Positions 44,881 through 54,977 of a DNA stretch of 64,000 bases are shown piece by piece. Each line of letters starts with the position of its first letter. Positions within the stretch are counted from its first letter, which is position 1. Below the pieces are notes generated by a model that had not been told where the DNA came from, searched no databases, and saw only the letters and a list, made by a program, of their open reading frames with translations. Source of the stretch: an uncultured Amnibacterium sp. GTDB lineage: Bacteria > Actinomycetota > Actinomycetes > Actinomycetales > Microbacteriaceae. The position numbers and the translations under genes were made by a program. Location of the stretch: contig NZ_CAXTOQ010000003.1 in NCBI RefSeq assembly GCF_964245895.1, positions 3,187 through 67,186 of the forward strand, given 5' to 3'.

Positions 44881-45816
44881 CTACTTCACCGAGCCGGCGG
44901 TGAGGCCCCGGACGAAGAAGCGCTGCAGCGAGAAGAACACGATGAGCGGGATGATCATCACGACGAAGGAACCCGCCGCGACGAGGTTCCAGCCCTGGTT
45001 GTACTGCCCCTTCAGCGCCAGCAGCCCGACCTGGAGCACCGGGTTCGTGGTGCCGGCGAAGATGAACGACACCAGGTAGTCGTTCCACACCCAGATGAAC
45101 TGGAAGATGGCGAACGAGGCCAGCGCCGGGATCGACATCGGCATGATCAGCCGCCAGAAGATCTGGAAGTGGCTCGCCCCGTCCACCCGGGCGGCCTCGA
45201 CCAGCGCGTTCGGCAGCGTCGACATGTAGTTGCGCAGGATGAAGATGCAGAGCGGCAGCGCGAAGGACGAGTGGACGATCCAGGCCGCGGGATACGTGCC
45301 CACGATCTGGATGCCGGTCGCCTTCGTGATCGCGCTGTAGGTCTGCAGCACCGGCACCAGCGAGATCTGCACCGGCACCACGAGCAGGCCGACGACGACC
45401 GCGAAGAAGAACTCCTTGCCCTTGAACTCGAGGAAGGTGAACCCGTATGCCGCGAACGCCGCGAACATCAGGGGCAGCACCGTCGCCGGCAGCACGATCG
45501 CGACCGTGTTGAAGAACTCGGACGCGAGGCTCTGCCCGGTGCCGCTCGTCGCGCCCGACAGCGCGTTCGCGTAGTTCTCGAACGTCAACGACTTGCCGAG
45601 CACCGTCCACCAGCCGGTGGACAGGGCATCCGTCGTCGTCCGCAGGCTCGTGATCAGCAGCCCGAGCACGGGCAGCAGCCACAGCACGGCGAAGACGCCG
45701 AGGATGACCGTCAGCAGCACGCGCCGCTTCGGCCTGGCGGTCTTGGTCGCCGCGGAGACGGCGGACGCGTTCCGCGTCTGCACGACGGTCGGGGTGACCT
45801 GGGTGCTGCTGGTCAT
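44881..45816 (-). CDS. Carbohydrate ABC transporter permease (AglG-like)
   Basis: EAARVDGA EAA motif, FIWVWNDYL, FVRGLTAGSVK. Confidence 0.93.
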   Translation of the reverse strand: MTSSTQVTPTVVQTRNASAVSAATKTARPKRRVLLTVILGVFAVLWLLPVLGLLITSLRTTTDALSTGWWTVLGKSLTFENYANALSGATSGTGQSLASEFFNTVAIVLPATVLPLMFAAFAAYGFTFLEFKGKEFFFAVVVGLLVVPVQISLVPVLQTYSAITKATGIQIVGTYPAAWIVHSSFALPLCIFILRNYMSTLPNALVEAARVDGASHFQIFWRLIMPMSIPALASFAIFQFIWVWNDYLVSFIFAGTTNPVLQVGLLALKGQYNQGWNLVAAGSFVVMIIPLIVFFSLQRFFVRGLTAGSVK

Positions 45817-46805
45817 CGAAGCGCCTCCTGCTCACGGTAGCTGCGGATCTGATAGATGATCACCGGGATCACGGCGACCAGCAGGATGACGACGACCGCG
45901 GACGCCTTGCCCTGGTTCTGGAAGCTGAACAGCTGGTTGTAGAACTCGAGGCCGAGCACGTTGGTGTTGTACTGGCCCGTCGTCATGGCGAGCACGATGT
46001 CGAAGACCTTCATCACGCTGATCAGCACCGTGATGAACACCGCGACGATCGTCGCCCGGATCTGCGGCATGATCACGCGGAAGAACGCCTGCTGCTCGGT
46101 CGCGCCGTCGATGCGCGCGGCCTCGATGGTCTCCTCCGGCACGCCCTTGATCGCCGCCGAGAGCAGCACCATGGCGTAGCCCGCGTTCAGCCAGATCATC
46201 ACCGCCATGATCAGGAAGCTGTTCAGGCGGAAGTCGGGCGTCGCCAGCCACGACACCGGGTCCGCTCCGGAGATGCCGGTGAAGATCGCGTTGAGCAGAC
46301 CGATCTGCGGCTGTCCGGGCGAGTTGTAGAAGTAGACGAAGCTCCACATCGTGCCGGCGGCGATGCCGCTGATCGCGAACGGGATGAAGATCAGCGTCTT
46401 GAACAGCTTCTCGCGGTTGGGCCCGAGCCGGTCGGCGAGCGTCGCGACGAAGAGCCCGACGATCACCGTGAGGGCCGGCACGAAGATGATCCACAGCAGG
46501 TTGTTCAGCAGCGTCTGCAGGAACGGCCCCGACGAGAGCAGCTGCACGTAGTTCGTGACGCCCCCGAAGGTCTGCAGTCCGAACGAGTCGTAGTGGATGA
46601 GGCTCTGGAACACGGTCAGCGCCGTCGGCGCCAGGATGAAGACCGCGAGGAGCAGCAGGACCGGTCCGAGGAAGACGTACGGCAGCAGCCGGGCCTTCCA
46701 CTTCGTGTTCGTCTTCTCGACGACGAAGTTGAGACCGAGGTAGATCAGGTACGAGATGACCAGTCCGCCGATGACGGAGGCCAGCACGCTCACGATTTGA
46801 TTCAA
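45813..46805 (-). CDS. Carbohydrate ABC transporter permease (AglF-like)
   Basis: EAARIDGA motif, SAAIKGVP, MKVFDIV; TTG start. Confidence 0.92.
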   Translation of the reverse strand: MNQIVSVLASVIGGLVISYLIYLGLNFVVEKTNTKWKARLLPYVFLGPVLLLLAVFILAPTALTVFQSLIHYDSFGLQTFGGVTNYVQLLSSGPFLQTLLNNLLWIIFVPALTVIVGLFVATLADRLGPNREKLFKTLIFIPFAISGIAAGTMWSFVYFYNSPGQPQIGLLNAIFTGISGADPVSWLATPDFRLNSFLIMAVMIWLNAGYAMVLLSAAIKGVPEETIEAARIDGATEQQAFFRVIMPQIRATIVAVFITVLISVMKVFDIVLAMTTGQYNTNVLGLEFYNQLFSFQNQGKASAVVVILLVAVIPVIIYQIRSYREQEALR

Positions 46806-46880
46806 GGAAACACCACCTGACGACGCTGTAGGGGGGCTGACTGGACTGTAGCGGAAGGCGGCTCACGCCGGCTGGTGGCA

Positions 46881-46922
46881 GGAGTGGGCGGCCCGGTCGG
46901 ACTCGGCCGGGCCGCCCACTCC
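46881..46922. terminator. Intercistronic stem-loop after the solute-binding protein gene
   Basis: GGAGTGGGCGGCCCGGTCG / CGGCCGGGCCGCCCACTCC near-perfect hairpin. Confidence 0.75.
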
Positions 46923-46929
46923 TACTCGA

Positions 46930-48267
46930 TCACTGGGGCCAGGAGGCGTCGATCGCCTTCAGGGCGTCGTCCAGGGACTGCTGTCCGGCGGTCCACTGGG
47001 TGAGGTTCGACCACTCCGTGCCGGCGCCGACCGCACCCGGCATCTGGTCGGAGGCGTCGAAGCCGAACACCTTCGCCGACTTCACCGCGTCCTGCGCGAC
47101 CTTCTGGAACGGCGTCGCGTACAGCGACGCGTCGAAGTCGTTGTGGGCCGACAGCGCCGAGCCCCAGTCCTTCGCGTAGCCGTTCGTGCCGAAGTCCTTG
47201 CTGACCAGGTAGCTGATGACCTTCTTGGTCGCCGCTGTGTTCTTGAACGCGGAGACGAGGTCACCACCGCCGAGGGTGCCGCTGGTGACCGCGTCGGACG
47301 GGGTCGGCAGCACGAACGCGTTGATGTTCGTCGTGTCGTTCTTCGCGATCTCGGCCTGGATGTCCTTCGGGAAGAACCCGGTGATGAACGTGCCCTGCCG
47401 CATCATGAAGCACTGGCCGCCGGACTTGCCGGTGGTCTTGAACAGGTTGTTGCCCGCCGCACCGAAGTCCGTCGACGCCATCGCCTTGCCGCCGCCGTTG
47501 ACCTGGCCCGGCTGGAAGATCGTGTCCTCGACCTTCTGCGCCGCCTTCTTCACGAGCGGCGAGTCGAACTTGATCTTGTGCGTGATCCAGTCGTTGTACT
47601 GGTCGAGGCCGCCGTACCGCAGCACGTACTCCTCGAGCCAGTCGGTCATCGGCCAGCCGTTCGAGCCCTGCGAGCCGATCCCGACGCACCAGGGGTAGCC
47701 CTTGTTCTCGTCGATGATCTTCTTCGAGAGCGCCTGCATCTCCTCGTCCGTCGTCGGCACGGTGAGGCCGGCCTTCTTGAAGGCCGCCGGGTTGTACCAG
47801 ACGAGGGACTTGACGTTGATGTTGTAGGGCAGGCCGTACGTCTTCCCGTTGACCTTCGCGATGTCCGGCAGGCCGGAGGCCTCGTCCGCGGTCGCCGCCT
47901 TGACGTCGGTCAGGTCGTCGAGCGGGACCATGCCGCCGCTGATCAGCGACTTGAGCACGCCGGGCTGCGGGAAGATCGCGATGTCCGGGGCTGTGCCGCC
48001 CTTGACCTGCGCGACGATCGAGGTCTGGAAGGCGTCGCTTCCGGTGTACTTGACAGTGAGCCCCTTGGCGTTCTTCTTCGCCCAGGCGGTCAGGTCGTTC
48101 TGGAACGCGGTGCCCTGATCGCCCGTGAAGGCGCCCGCGATGGTCACGGTCCCTGTGGCGTCTCCGCCACCGTTGCCGCCGCCGCCGCTGCTCGAGCAGC
48201 CGGAGAGGGCGAGCGCGGTACCGACGGCCATCGCCGTCAGCACGACTGCACGCTTCCGAAGCCTCAT
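46930..48267 (-). CDS. Sugar ABC transporter solute-binding lipoprotein (AglE-like alpha-glucoside binding)
   Basis: Lipobox LALSGC; PDIAIFPQPG, KSLVWYNP, WCVGIGS..GWPMTDWLE, FDASDQMP. Confidence 0.92.
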   Translation of the reverse strand: MRLRKRAVVLTAMAVGTALALSGCSSSGGGGNGGGDATGTVTIAGAFTGDQGTAFQNDLTAWAKKNAKGLTVKYTGSDAFQTSIVAQVKGGTAPDIAIFPQPGVLKSLISGGMVPLDDLTDVKAATADEASGLPDIAKVNGKTYGLPYNINVKSLVWYNPAAFKKAGLTVPTTDEEMQALSKKIIDENKGYPWCVGIGSQGSNGWPMTDWLEEYVLRYGGLDQYNDWITHKIKFDSPLVKKAAQKVEDTIFQPGQVNGGGKAMASTDFGAAGNNLFKTTGKSGGQCFMMRQGTFITGFFPKDIQAEIAKNDTTNINAFVLPTPSDAVTSGTLGGGDLVSAFKNTAATKKVISYLVSKDFGTNGYAKDWGSALSAHNDFDASLYATPFQKVAQDAVKSAKVFGFDASDQMPGAVGAGTEWSNLTQWTAGQQSLDDALKAIDASWPQ

Positions 48268-48300
48268 TACTTCGACCTTTCGTCATTGAACTGGTAAGCC

Positions 48301-48392
48301 AAAACGTTTTACCGCGAGGACCCTAACCCCGTCCGGGGGGTGTGCAACCCGACGGCGAGGACACGAATCCGTAACGATTGCAAACGATTGCA
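48301..48392. promoter_or_regulatory. LacI-family operator-like sites upstream of the sugar operon
   Basis: AAAACGTTTT (48301-48310) and TGCAAACGATTGCA (48379-48392), AT-rich palindromes in GC-rich DNA next to a LacI gene. Confidence 0.65.
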
Positions 48393-48409
48393 GTGGCGTC
48401 GCCGCGAGC

Positions 48410-49408
48410 CTAGACCCGAACGTCGACCGACTCACGCACGACCTCTGCGCAGACGATCGAGACGACCTCGGGCTGCGTGTCCAGGCCGTCGAGCGCACGG
48501 ACGGCCCGCGTCACGGCCCAGCGGCCCATCTCGTAGTGGGGCAGCTGGAAGGTCGTCAGCGCGGGCAGCAGCTGCGCCGCGATCAGCTCGAGGTCGTCGA
48601 CGCCGACGACCGACAGGTCCTGCGGGATGCGCAGCCCCAGTCGTGCCGCGGTCTGGTAGGCGCCCATCGCCATCGGATCGTTGAAGACGAACGCCGCGGT
48701 CGCGTCGGGGTCCGCTGCGACCGCGAGCTCGAGCGCCTCCCGCCCCGCGCGGGCGTCCGCCGGACCGCCCACGGCGACGACGTGCGGAGGGAGGCCTGCG
48801 CCGAGCATGGTGTCCCGGTAGCCCGCGACCCGGCCCTCCACCCCCAGCCCCGGCTCGTCGATGGTGAGGTGCACCACGCGCCGGTGGCCCGCGTCGAGCA
48901 GCAGCCGGGTGGCGTCGACGCCGAGGCGGTACTCGTCCGGCGCGATCGAGCTCACCGCCGGGCCGGCCTCGGCGTTCACGAGCACGAGGGGGCCACTGAA
49001 GGCCGGCACGGTCACCCTGCGGTGGAACATCGTCGCGTAGAGCAGCGCGTCGACCTGCTGCGCACGCAGCACCTCCACCTGCTGCGCCTCGACCCCCGGA
49101 TCCCGGTTCGAGTTCACGACCATCAGCGTCATGCCGGCCGCGGACGCGGCGTCCTGCGCGCCGAGCACGATGCGGCCGGCGAAGGGGGTCGTGGCGATCT
49201 CGTCCGAGACGAACCCGAGCACGTCCGTCCGTCGCCTGCGGAGCGCGGTCGCGACCCGGTTCGGGGCGTACCCGAGATCGCGGGCGACGCGCGCCACCCG
49301 CGAGCGGGTCTCCGCGCTGACCTTGCCCTGGCCGCTCAACGCGTGGGACACGGTCGTCGCCGACACGCCCGCTGCACGCGCCACGTCACGGATGCCAACC
49401 CGGCCCAT
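48410..49408 (-). CDS. LacI family transcriptional regulator
   Basis: MGRVGIRDVARAAGVSATTVSHAL, GYAPN..A..L, IPQDLSVVGVDD. Confidence 0.93.
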   Translation of the reverse strand: MGRVGIRDVARAAGVSATTVSHALSGQGKVSAETRSRVARVARDLGYAPNRVATALRRRRTDVLGFVSDEIATTPFAGRIVLGAQDAASAAGMTLMVVNSNRDPGVEAQQVEVLRAQQVDALLYATMFHRRVTVPAFSGPLVLVNAEAGPAVSSIAPDEYRLGVDATRLLLDAGHRRVVHLTIDEPGLGVEGRVAGYRDTMLGAGLPPHVVAVGGPADARAGREALELAVAADPDATAAFVFNDPMAMGAYQTAARLGLRIPQDLSVVGVDDLELIAAQLLPALTTFQLPHYEMGRWAVTRAVRALDGLDTQPEVVSIVCAEVVRESVDVRV

Positions 49409-49538
49409 CGTCGGACTCCTCGATCGCGGACACCGTAACGCGGAATCGGCCGCCGGCGAGGGCCGACCGGCTCGTCCTCGGCACAGGTACCCATCCGCGG
49501 GGGTGGACATACTCCATCCGCGGGAGTAGACCTTCGAC

Positions 49539-49892
49539 ATGCCGCACCGTCTGCAGGAGCCCACCTACTGGATCCTCACCGCGCTCACGGGTGGGCGCCT
49601 GCACGGCTACGCCATCCTCACCGAGGCGGCCACCCTCTCCGGTGGGCGCGTCCGGCTCAAGGTCACCACCCTGTACGCGGCCCTCGCCAGGCTCGAGCGC
49701 GAGGGCCTCATCGCGGCCGACGGCGAGGAGACCGTCGGTGGGCGACGCCGTCGCCACGTCGTGCTGACCGATGCCGGAGCCGCTGCCCTCGCGGCGGAGG
49801 CGGCCCGGCTCGACGCTGATGCGCGGGAGGCCACGGTGCGGTTGCGGTCCCACGGCTGGGGACAGCGGCCCTCCTCCTCGGTGAGCGCCTGA
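49539..49892 (+). CDS. PadR family transcriptional regulator
   Basis: ILTAL..GRLHGYAI, TLYAALARLEREGLI, RRRHVVLTDAG. Confidence 0.9.
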   Translation: MPHRLQEPTYWILTALTGGRLHGYAILTEAATLSGGRVRLKVTTLYAALARLEREGLIAADGEETVGGRRRRHVVLTDAGAAALAAEAARLDADAREATVRLRSHGWGQRPSSSVSA

Positions 49893-50290
49893 TGCATACC
49901 GACGAGGAGCGGCGACCGACGATCCCGGCCGCATACCGTTCGCTGCTGCTGCTCCATCCCCCCCGCTTCCGCGAGCAGGACGGCGAGGTGGTGCTGAGCA
50001 CGCTGCTCGAGGTGCACGCCGCCCAGCGCCGCACGGCGCCCAGCCTCGCCGAACGGCTCCGCTTCGCCGTCGACGGGCTGTCGATGCGGCTGCGTCGGCC
50101 GTCCCGCACGCGCCTCCCGGCCACCCGGTGGTCCGTTCCGCTGAGCGCGATGGATCACTTCGACCAGGCGAACGGTGCGGTCGCCGAGCGGTTCGTCGAT
50201 GCGACGGAGCAGTTCCACGCGAACGTCGGCCGGTTCTCCGCCGATGGTGAGCGGCGGATCGCTGAGCGCGGCTGGATCGGGATGAGCTGA
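49892..50290 (+). CDS. Small hypothetical protein coupled to PadR
   Basis: TGATG overlap; LLLLHPPRFREQDGEVVLSTLLE start typical of PadR-partner proteins. Confidence 0.55.
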   Translation: MHTDEERRPTIPAAYRSLLLLHPPRFREQDGEVVLSTLLEVHAAQRRTAPSLAERLRFAVDGLSMRLRRPSRTRLPATRWSVPLSAMDHFDQANGAVAERFVDATEQFHANVGRFSADGERRIAERGWIGMS

Positions 50291-50318
50291 CCGCCGCACC
50301 GTTGGCGCGGCCGGAGGC

Positions 50319-50735
50319 TCAAGCGGCGCGCTTGCCCTGCAGCGTGCGGGTCCAGGCGGTCACCGGCCGCCGGTACAGGACGATGGACGCCGCGATGAGC
50401 AGCACGATCACCACCGCGTTGTACACGTTCAGCGCGAGGACGGTGAGCAGGCTCAGTGAGGCGAGCGCCACGAACGCGGCCCTCGCCCAGGGGCGCCCCG
50501 CGCGGAAGAGCAGCGCCAGGACCGCGATGCCGGCGGCGTAGAGCACCGACAGCGCGACGACCACCGCGACGAGGGCCGGCGCGACCGGGAGGCCGCTCGC
50601 GGGAGCCGCGATCGCCACCATCACGCCGATGGACACGTTGACCGCGGCCGCGGCCAGCACGAGCAGCGTCGCCACGTCGACGAGCCGGGGTCGACCGTCC
50701 GTCCGGATCGACACGGGGGCAGGTGCGGCGTCCAT
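50319..50735 (-). CDS. Small four-helix membrane protein
   Basis: Start MDAAPAP; hydrophobic helices, GRPWAR motif. Confidence 0.6.
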   Translation of the reverse strand: MDAAPAPVSIRTDGRPRLVDVATLLVLAAAAVNVSIGVMVAIAAPASGLPVAPALVAVVVALSVLYAAGIAVLALLFRAGRPWARAAFVALASLSLLTVLALNVYNAVVIVLLIAASIVLYRRPVTAWTRTLQGKRAA

Positions 50736-50889
50736 CGCCGGAACCCTACACAGGGCCCCGGCGCGGGCGCGGCCCGATCGCGGTGTTCCACGCCGCGGAC
50801 CGCGCGATCGGCCTAGTCTTCCGGTAGCGCACCTCCGCCCGTCGGCGCGGACGGGCGAGCAGTGCGCGACGATCGCGAGCGAGGCATCG

Positions 50890-51927
50890 ATGGCCAGCAT
50901 CCATGACGTCGCGCAGCGGTCCGGTGTCTCGACCGCGACCGTGTCGCGCGCGCTGCGCGGGCTGCCGAACGTGTCGCCGGTGACCAGGCAGCGGGTGCAG
51001 GAGGCCGCCGACGCGCTCGGCTACATCCCCTCCCCCTCCGCGTCCGGCCTGTCGAGCGGCCGGACCGGCGCGGTCGCGGTGGTCGTCCCCTCCCTGACCC
51101 GCTGGTTCTTCACGGAGGTGGTGGAGGGGGTCGACGCGGCGCTGCGCGTCGAGGGGTACGACACGTTCCTGGTCGACCTGGCGGTGCGGCCGGGCGAGCG
51201 GGAGCGGCTGTTCTCGCACACGCTGCTGCGCAAGCGCGCGGACGCCGTCATCGCGCTCGGCATCCGGTTCACCGGGGCGGAGCGCTCGGAGCTGCGGTCC
51301 CTGCCGGTTCCGGTCGCGATCGTCGGGGCTCCGCTGGCGGGACTGCGCGGCATCGGCGTCGACGACGCGGCCGTCAGCCGGTCCGCGATCCAGCACCTCG
51401 TCGACCTCGGGCACCACCGCATCGCGCACGTCGGCGGGCACGACCGGTTCGGGCTCGACCGCTCGGTGGCGGACCTGCGCGAGCGCGCCTGGCGCGCCGA
51501 GCTGCGGGACCGCGGCCTGCCGCTGCTCGACCACTGGTTCGCCTCCGGCGGGTTCCTGCTGCCGCAGTCGAAGGCCGCCGCGCTGACGATGCTGCAGCGG
51601 CCGGACCGGCCGACCGGCGTGTTCGCGGGGTCGGACGAGATGGCCTTCGGCGTCCTGCTCGCCGCCGCCGAGCTGGGCATCCGTGTGCCGGAGGACCTGT
51701 CGGTCGTCGGCATCGACGACCACTCCTGGAGCGCCGCGTTCCATCTCACGACCGTCCGCCAGGATCCCCACGAGCAGGGCGCCGCCGCAGCGGCGATGGT
51801 GCTGGCGCAGCTGGCGGGGACACCGCCGCCGATCGCGCCGATCGCGGCGCCGCACGAGCTGATCGTGCGCGGCACCACCGCGGCTGCGGCGCGGAGCCGC
51901 CGGCTCCCCGCGGACCGGGACGCCTGA
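50890..51927 (+). CDS. LacI family transcriptional regulator
   Basis: MASIHDVAQRSGVSTATVSRAL, VPEDLSVVGIDD, LIVRGTT. Confidence 0.93.
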   Translation: MASIHDVAQRSGVSTATVSRALRGLPNVSPVTRQRVQEAADALGYIPSPSASGLSSGRTGAVAVVVPSLTRWFFTEVVEGVDAALRVEGYDTFLVDLAVRPGERERLFSHTLLRKRADAVIALGIRFTGAERSELRSLPVPVAIVGAPLAGLRGIGVDDAAVSRSAIQHLVDLGHHRIAHVGGHDRFGLDRSVADLRERAWRAELRDRGLPLLDHWFASGGFLLPQSKAAALTMLQRPDRPTGVFAGSDEMAFGVLLAAAELGIRVPEDLSVVGIDDHSWSAAFHLTTVRQDPHEQGAAAAAMVLAQLAGTPPPIAPIAAPHELIVRGTTAAAARSRRLPADRDA

Positions 51928-52173
51928 GCGCCGGGGCGCGAGTCTCGGCCGGTCCGCCCGGGGAGCGCCGCGTGGGCGTCGGCACGGTCGGCCCGAGCCG
52001 GCCGACTTCGGCTCAGTCCGACCGATCGCGATCCGCCCTCCGGGCGCTTGCGGCCCGGAACGGGCGGCCGCGGACGCCCCGATCGGGCCGAACACGCCCG
52101 CTCGGTCGGCGTGATCATCGCCGGCTGGTCATGACATCCTCCGGCGTCGCTCGTTCAGGCGCCCGTTCCGGGA

Positions 52174-52232
52174 TCAGGACGGAGGAGCCGCTTCCGTCCT
52201 GAACGCGGAACCGGTTCCTGCGCACGGCACGG
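52174..52232 (+). repeat. Intergenic repeat, family B copy 1
   Basis: TCAGGACGGA..TCCGTCCTGA hairpin; 46 of 59 nt identical without gaps to 57757-57815. Confidence 0.75.
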
Positions 52233-52261
52233 CGCCCGCTCGTCCCTCGACTCGTCCGATC

Positions 52262-52301
52262 TGAAGGTCTTCTGCGCGGCGAAGCCGCCAGAAGACCTTC
52301 A
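52262..52301. repeat. REP-like palindrome (family A-like)
   Basis: TGAAGGTCTTCTG-CGCGGCGAAGCCGC-CAGAAGACCTTCA. Confidence 0.75.
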
Positions 52302-52305
52302 CAAC

Positions 52306-52341
52306 GAAGGGCGCCGCACCCCGGTGGAGGCGACGCCCTTC
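52306..52341 (-). terminator. Probable rplL terminator hairpin
   Basis: GAAGGGCG(T/C)CGC inverted repeat 17 bp past the rplL stop. Confidence 0.6.
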
Positions 52342-52358
52342 GCAGGGTGCAGGACCGA

Positions 52359-52742
52359 CTACTTGAGGGTCACCGTGGCGCCGGCGGCCTCGAGCTGGGC
52401 CTTGGCCTTCTCGGCGGTCTCCTTGTTCGCGCCCTCGAGCACGGGCTTCGGGGCGCCGTCGACCAGCGCCTTCGCCTCGCCGAGGCCGAGGGAGGTCAGC
52501 GCGCGGACCTCCTTGATGACCTGGATCTTCTTGTCGCCGGCGGCCTCGAGGACGACGTCGAAGGAGTCCTTCTCCTCGACCTCCTCGACCGGGGCGGCGG
52601 GGCCCGCGGCACCGGCGACCGCGACGGGCGCGGCGGCGGTGACCTCGAAGACCTCTTCGAACTTCTTGACGAACTCGGAGAGCTCGATGAGCGAGAGCTC
52701 CTTGAAGCCCTCGATGAGCTCGTCGGTGCTGAGCTTGGCCAT
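52359..52742 (-). CDS. rplL: 50S ribosomal protein L7/L12
   Basis: [50 protein letters not shown]. Confidence 0.99.
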   Translation of the reverse strand: MAKLSTDELIEGFKELSLIELSEFVKKFEEVFEVTAAAPVAVAGAAGPAAPVEEVEEKDSFDVVLEAAGDKKIQVIKEVRALTSLGLGEAKALVDGAPKPVLEGANKETAEKAKAQLEAAGATVTLK

Positions 52743-52789
52743 GGTGGCCTCCTTTGGTTTGGGGTGTTCGGTGCTGGGCAGGACGGCCG

Positions 52790-53308
52790 TCAGGCCGCGA
52801 CCTGCTCGTTCTTGTCGCGCAGCGCGTCGACCGTGCGAACGGCCTTCGACAGCGGCGCGTTGACCACGTACGCGGCCCTCGTGAGCGTCGCCTTCATGGC
52901 ACCTGCGGCCTTGGCCAGCAGGACCTCGCGGCTCTCGAGGTCGGCGAGGCGGTCCACCTCGGCTGCGGAGAGCGGCGCTCCGTCGAAGTAGCCGCTCTTC
53001 ACGACGAGGAGGGGGTTCGCCTTGCTGAAGTCACGCAGCGCCTTCGCGACGGCGACGGTGTCACCGTGCACGAACGCGATCGCGGACGGACCGGCCAGCT
53101 CGTCGTCGAACGACGAGATGCCGGCGTTGTTCGCCGCGATCTTGGTCAGCGTGTTCTTCACCACGGAGAACGAGGCGTGCTCACGGATCTGCGAGCGCAG
53201 CTGCTTCAGCTGCGCGACCGTGAGGCCGCGGTACTCGGTCAGCAGTGCGGCGTTCGAGCTGCGGAAACCCTCCGTCAGCTCGGCGACCGTCGCTTCCTTC
53301 GTCGCCAT
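52790..53308 (-). CDS. rplJ: 50S ribosomal protein L10
   Basis: [49 protein letters not shown]. Confidence 0.98.
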   Translation of the reverse strand: MATKEATVAELTEGFRSSNAALLTEYRGLTVAQLKQLRSQIREHASFSVVKNTLTKIAANNAGISSFDDELAGPSAIAFVHGDTVAVAKALRDFSKANPLLVVKSGYFDGAPLSAAEVDRLADLESREVLLAKAAGAMKATLTRAAYVVNAPLSKAVRTVDALRDKNEQVAA

Positions 53309-53359
53309 GCGTCTCCTTCCGTCTTCTTCTCGACCGAAGGACCCGACGCGTGGGGCCAA

Positions 53360-53500
53360 GAGAAAGGCCCCGGGCGCAGGAGGCCACGGGGCGGGACGCA
53401 GGCGGAGCCTGCATGTCGTTCCGGTGATCCTGCGCTGGTCGCCGGGCTGGGCCCGGGCCTTCGGTTCCTGCGCGCAGGAACGACCGGCGGTCTTCGGTTC
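53360..53500 (-). promoter_or_regulatory. L10 leader (rplJ autoregulatory RNA)
   Basis: CCGAAGACCGCCGGT..GAAGG..ACCAGCGCAGGA motifs followed by a GC hairpin and CCTTTCTCTT, upstream of rplJ. Confidence 0.75.
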
Positions 53501-53588
53501 ACGGACGACTGTACCGGATGGATCCACGCGCCCGCGCTGCCCAGCGGGGCCCGCGCTAGATTCGCGGGGCCGCGAGGAGGAGGAGTCG

Positions 53589-54944
53589 ATGCCCGCCGCC
53601 GCCTCCACCGTCGCCGCGCGCAAGCGCTTCGGACCCGCCACCACCGTGCTCGTCGGCTACGGCGCCGTGGTCGGATCCGGGTTCGCGCTGCTGTCCCTGC
53701 CGATCGCGAAGGTCGGTCCGGGTGGCGCCGCCGTGCTCGACGCGCTGTTCACCTCCATCTCGGCGGTGAGCGTCACCGGGCTGACCACCGTGGGCACGGC
53801 GGAGCACTGGACGCTCTTCGGCCAGGCCGTGATCCTGCTGCTCGTCCAGACCGGCGGCCTCGGCATCATGACGCTCGCCTCGCTGATCGGTCTCGCCGTC
53901 GCCAGGAGGCTGTCGCTCGGCTCGAAGCTCTCGACGTCGGCCGAGACGCAGGGGGTCGGGCTCGCGGACATCCGCCGCTTCATCACGGGCGCGATCGTGG
54001 TGTCGCTCAGCGTGGAGGCGATCGGCGCGGTCGTCCTGACGGTCTGGTTCGCGACCGCCTCCGGCTACCCGCCGGCGACCGCGGCCTGGTACGGCCTGTT
54101 CCACGCCGTGTCCGCGTTCAACAACGCCGGCTTCACGATCCTGCCGCGCGGGCTCGTGCCGTTCGTCGGCGATCCCGTCGTGTGCCTGGTGCTGTCCGCG
54201 CTGGTGCTGATCGGCAGCCTCGGCTTCCCGGTGCTCGACGAGCTGCGGCGGTACCCGCGGACGCCGCTGCGCTGGAGCATGAACACGCGGCTCGTGCTGT
54301 GGGGCACAGCCGTCCTCACCGTGGTCGGCATGGTCTTCATCACCGCCGTGGAGTGGGCGCGCGCCGGCACGTTCGGGCCGCTGGACTGGCCGACGAAGCT
54401 GCTCGCGGGCTTCTTCGCGGCGGCTCAGACCCGCAGCGGGGGCTTCACGACCGTCGACATCGGCGGGTTCGACGGCGCCTCCCTGATCGTCATCGACGTG
54501 CTGATGTTCATCGGCGGCGGCCCGGCGGGCACCGCCGGGGGCATCAAGATCACGACCTTCGGCGTGCTGTTCTTCATCCTGATCGCGGAGATGCGGGGCC
54601 GCGCCGCCGTGAACGTGTTCGGCAAGCGGCTCTCGCGGGCCGTGCACCGCCAGGCGATCACCGTCTCGCTTGTCGCGGTCGGGGTGATCATCGGGTCGAC
54701 CATCGCGCTGGCGCTGCTGTCCGACGAGCCGGTCGACCGGCTCGCGTTCGAGGCCGTGTCGGCGTTCGCCACCGCGGGCCTCTCGACCGGCATCACCGCT
54801 TACCTGCCTCCGGCGGCGCAGGCGCTGCTGCTGCTGCTCATGTTCGCGGGCCGGCTGGGCCCGATCCTGCTCGCCTCCGCCCTCGCGGTGCGCACGCGAC
54901 CCCTCACGTACGAGTTCCCGAAGGAGAGGCCGATCATTGGCTAG
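53589..54944 (+). CDS. TrkH/KtrB family potassium uptake membrane subunit
   Basis: ALFTSISAVSVTGL, FHAVSAFNNAGF, QTRSGGF, MFIGGGPAGTAGGIK, AFATAGLSTG. Confidence 0.93.
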   Translation: MPAAASTVAARKRFGPATTVLVGYGAVVGSGFALLSLPIAKVGPGGAAVLDALFTSISAVSVTGLTTVGTAEHWTLFGQAVILLLVQTGGLGIMTLASLIGLAVARRLSLGSKLSTSAETQGVGLADIRRFITGAIVVSLSVEAIGAVVLTVWFATASGYPPATAAWYGLFHAVSAFNNAGFTILPRGLVPFVGDPVVCLVLSALVLIGSLGFPVLDELRRYPRTPLRWSMNTRLVLWGTAVLTVVGMVFITAVEWARAGTFGPLDWPTKLLAGFFAAAQTRSGGFTTVDIGGFDGASLIVIDVLMFIGGGPAGTAGGIKITTFGVLFFILIAEMRGRAAVNVFGKRLSRAVHRQAITVSLVAVGVIIGSTIALALLSDEPVDRLAFEAVSAFATAGLSTGITAYLPPAAQALLLLLMFAGRLGPILLASALAVRTRPLTYEFPKERPIIG

Positions 54945-54977
54945 GGACGAGCGACCATCGACGAGCGGAGGCCGGCC

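Noticed and set aside
52359-54944. rplJ-rplL not flanked by rplK-rplA or rpoB
   Set aside because: Separation of these operons is common in Actinobacteria; not unusual on its own
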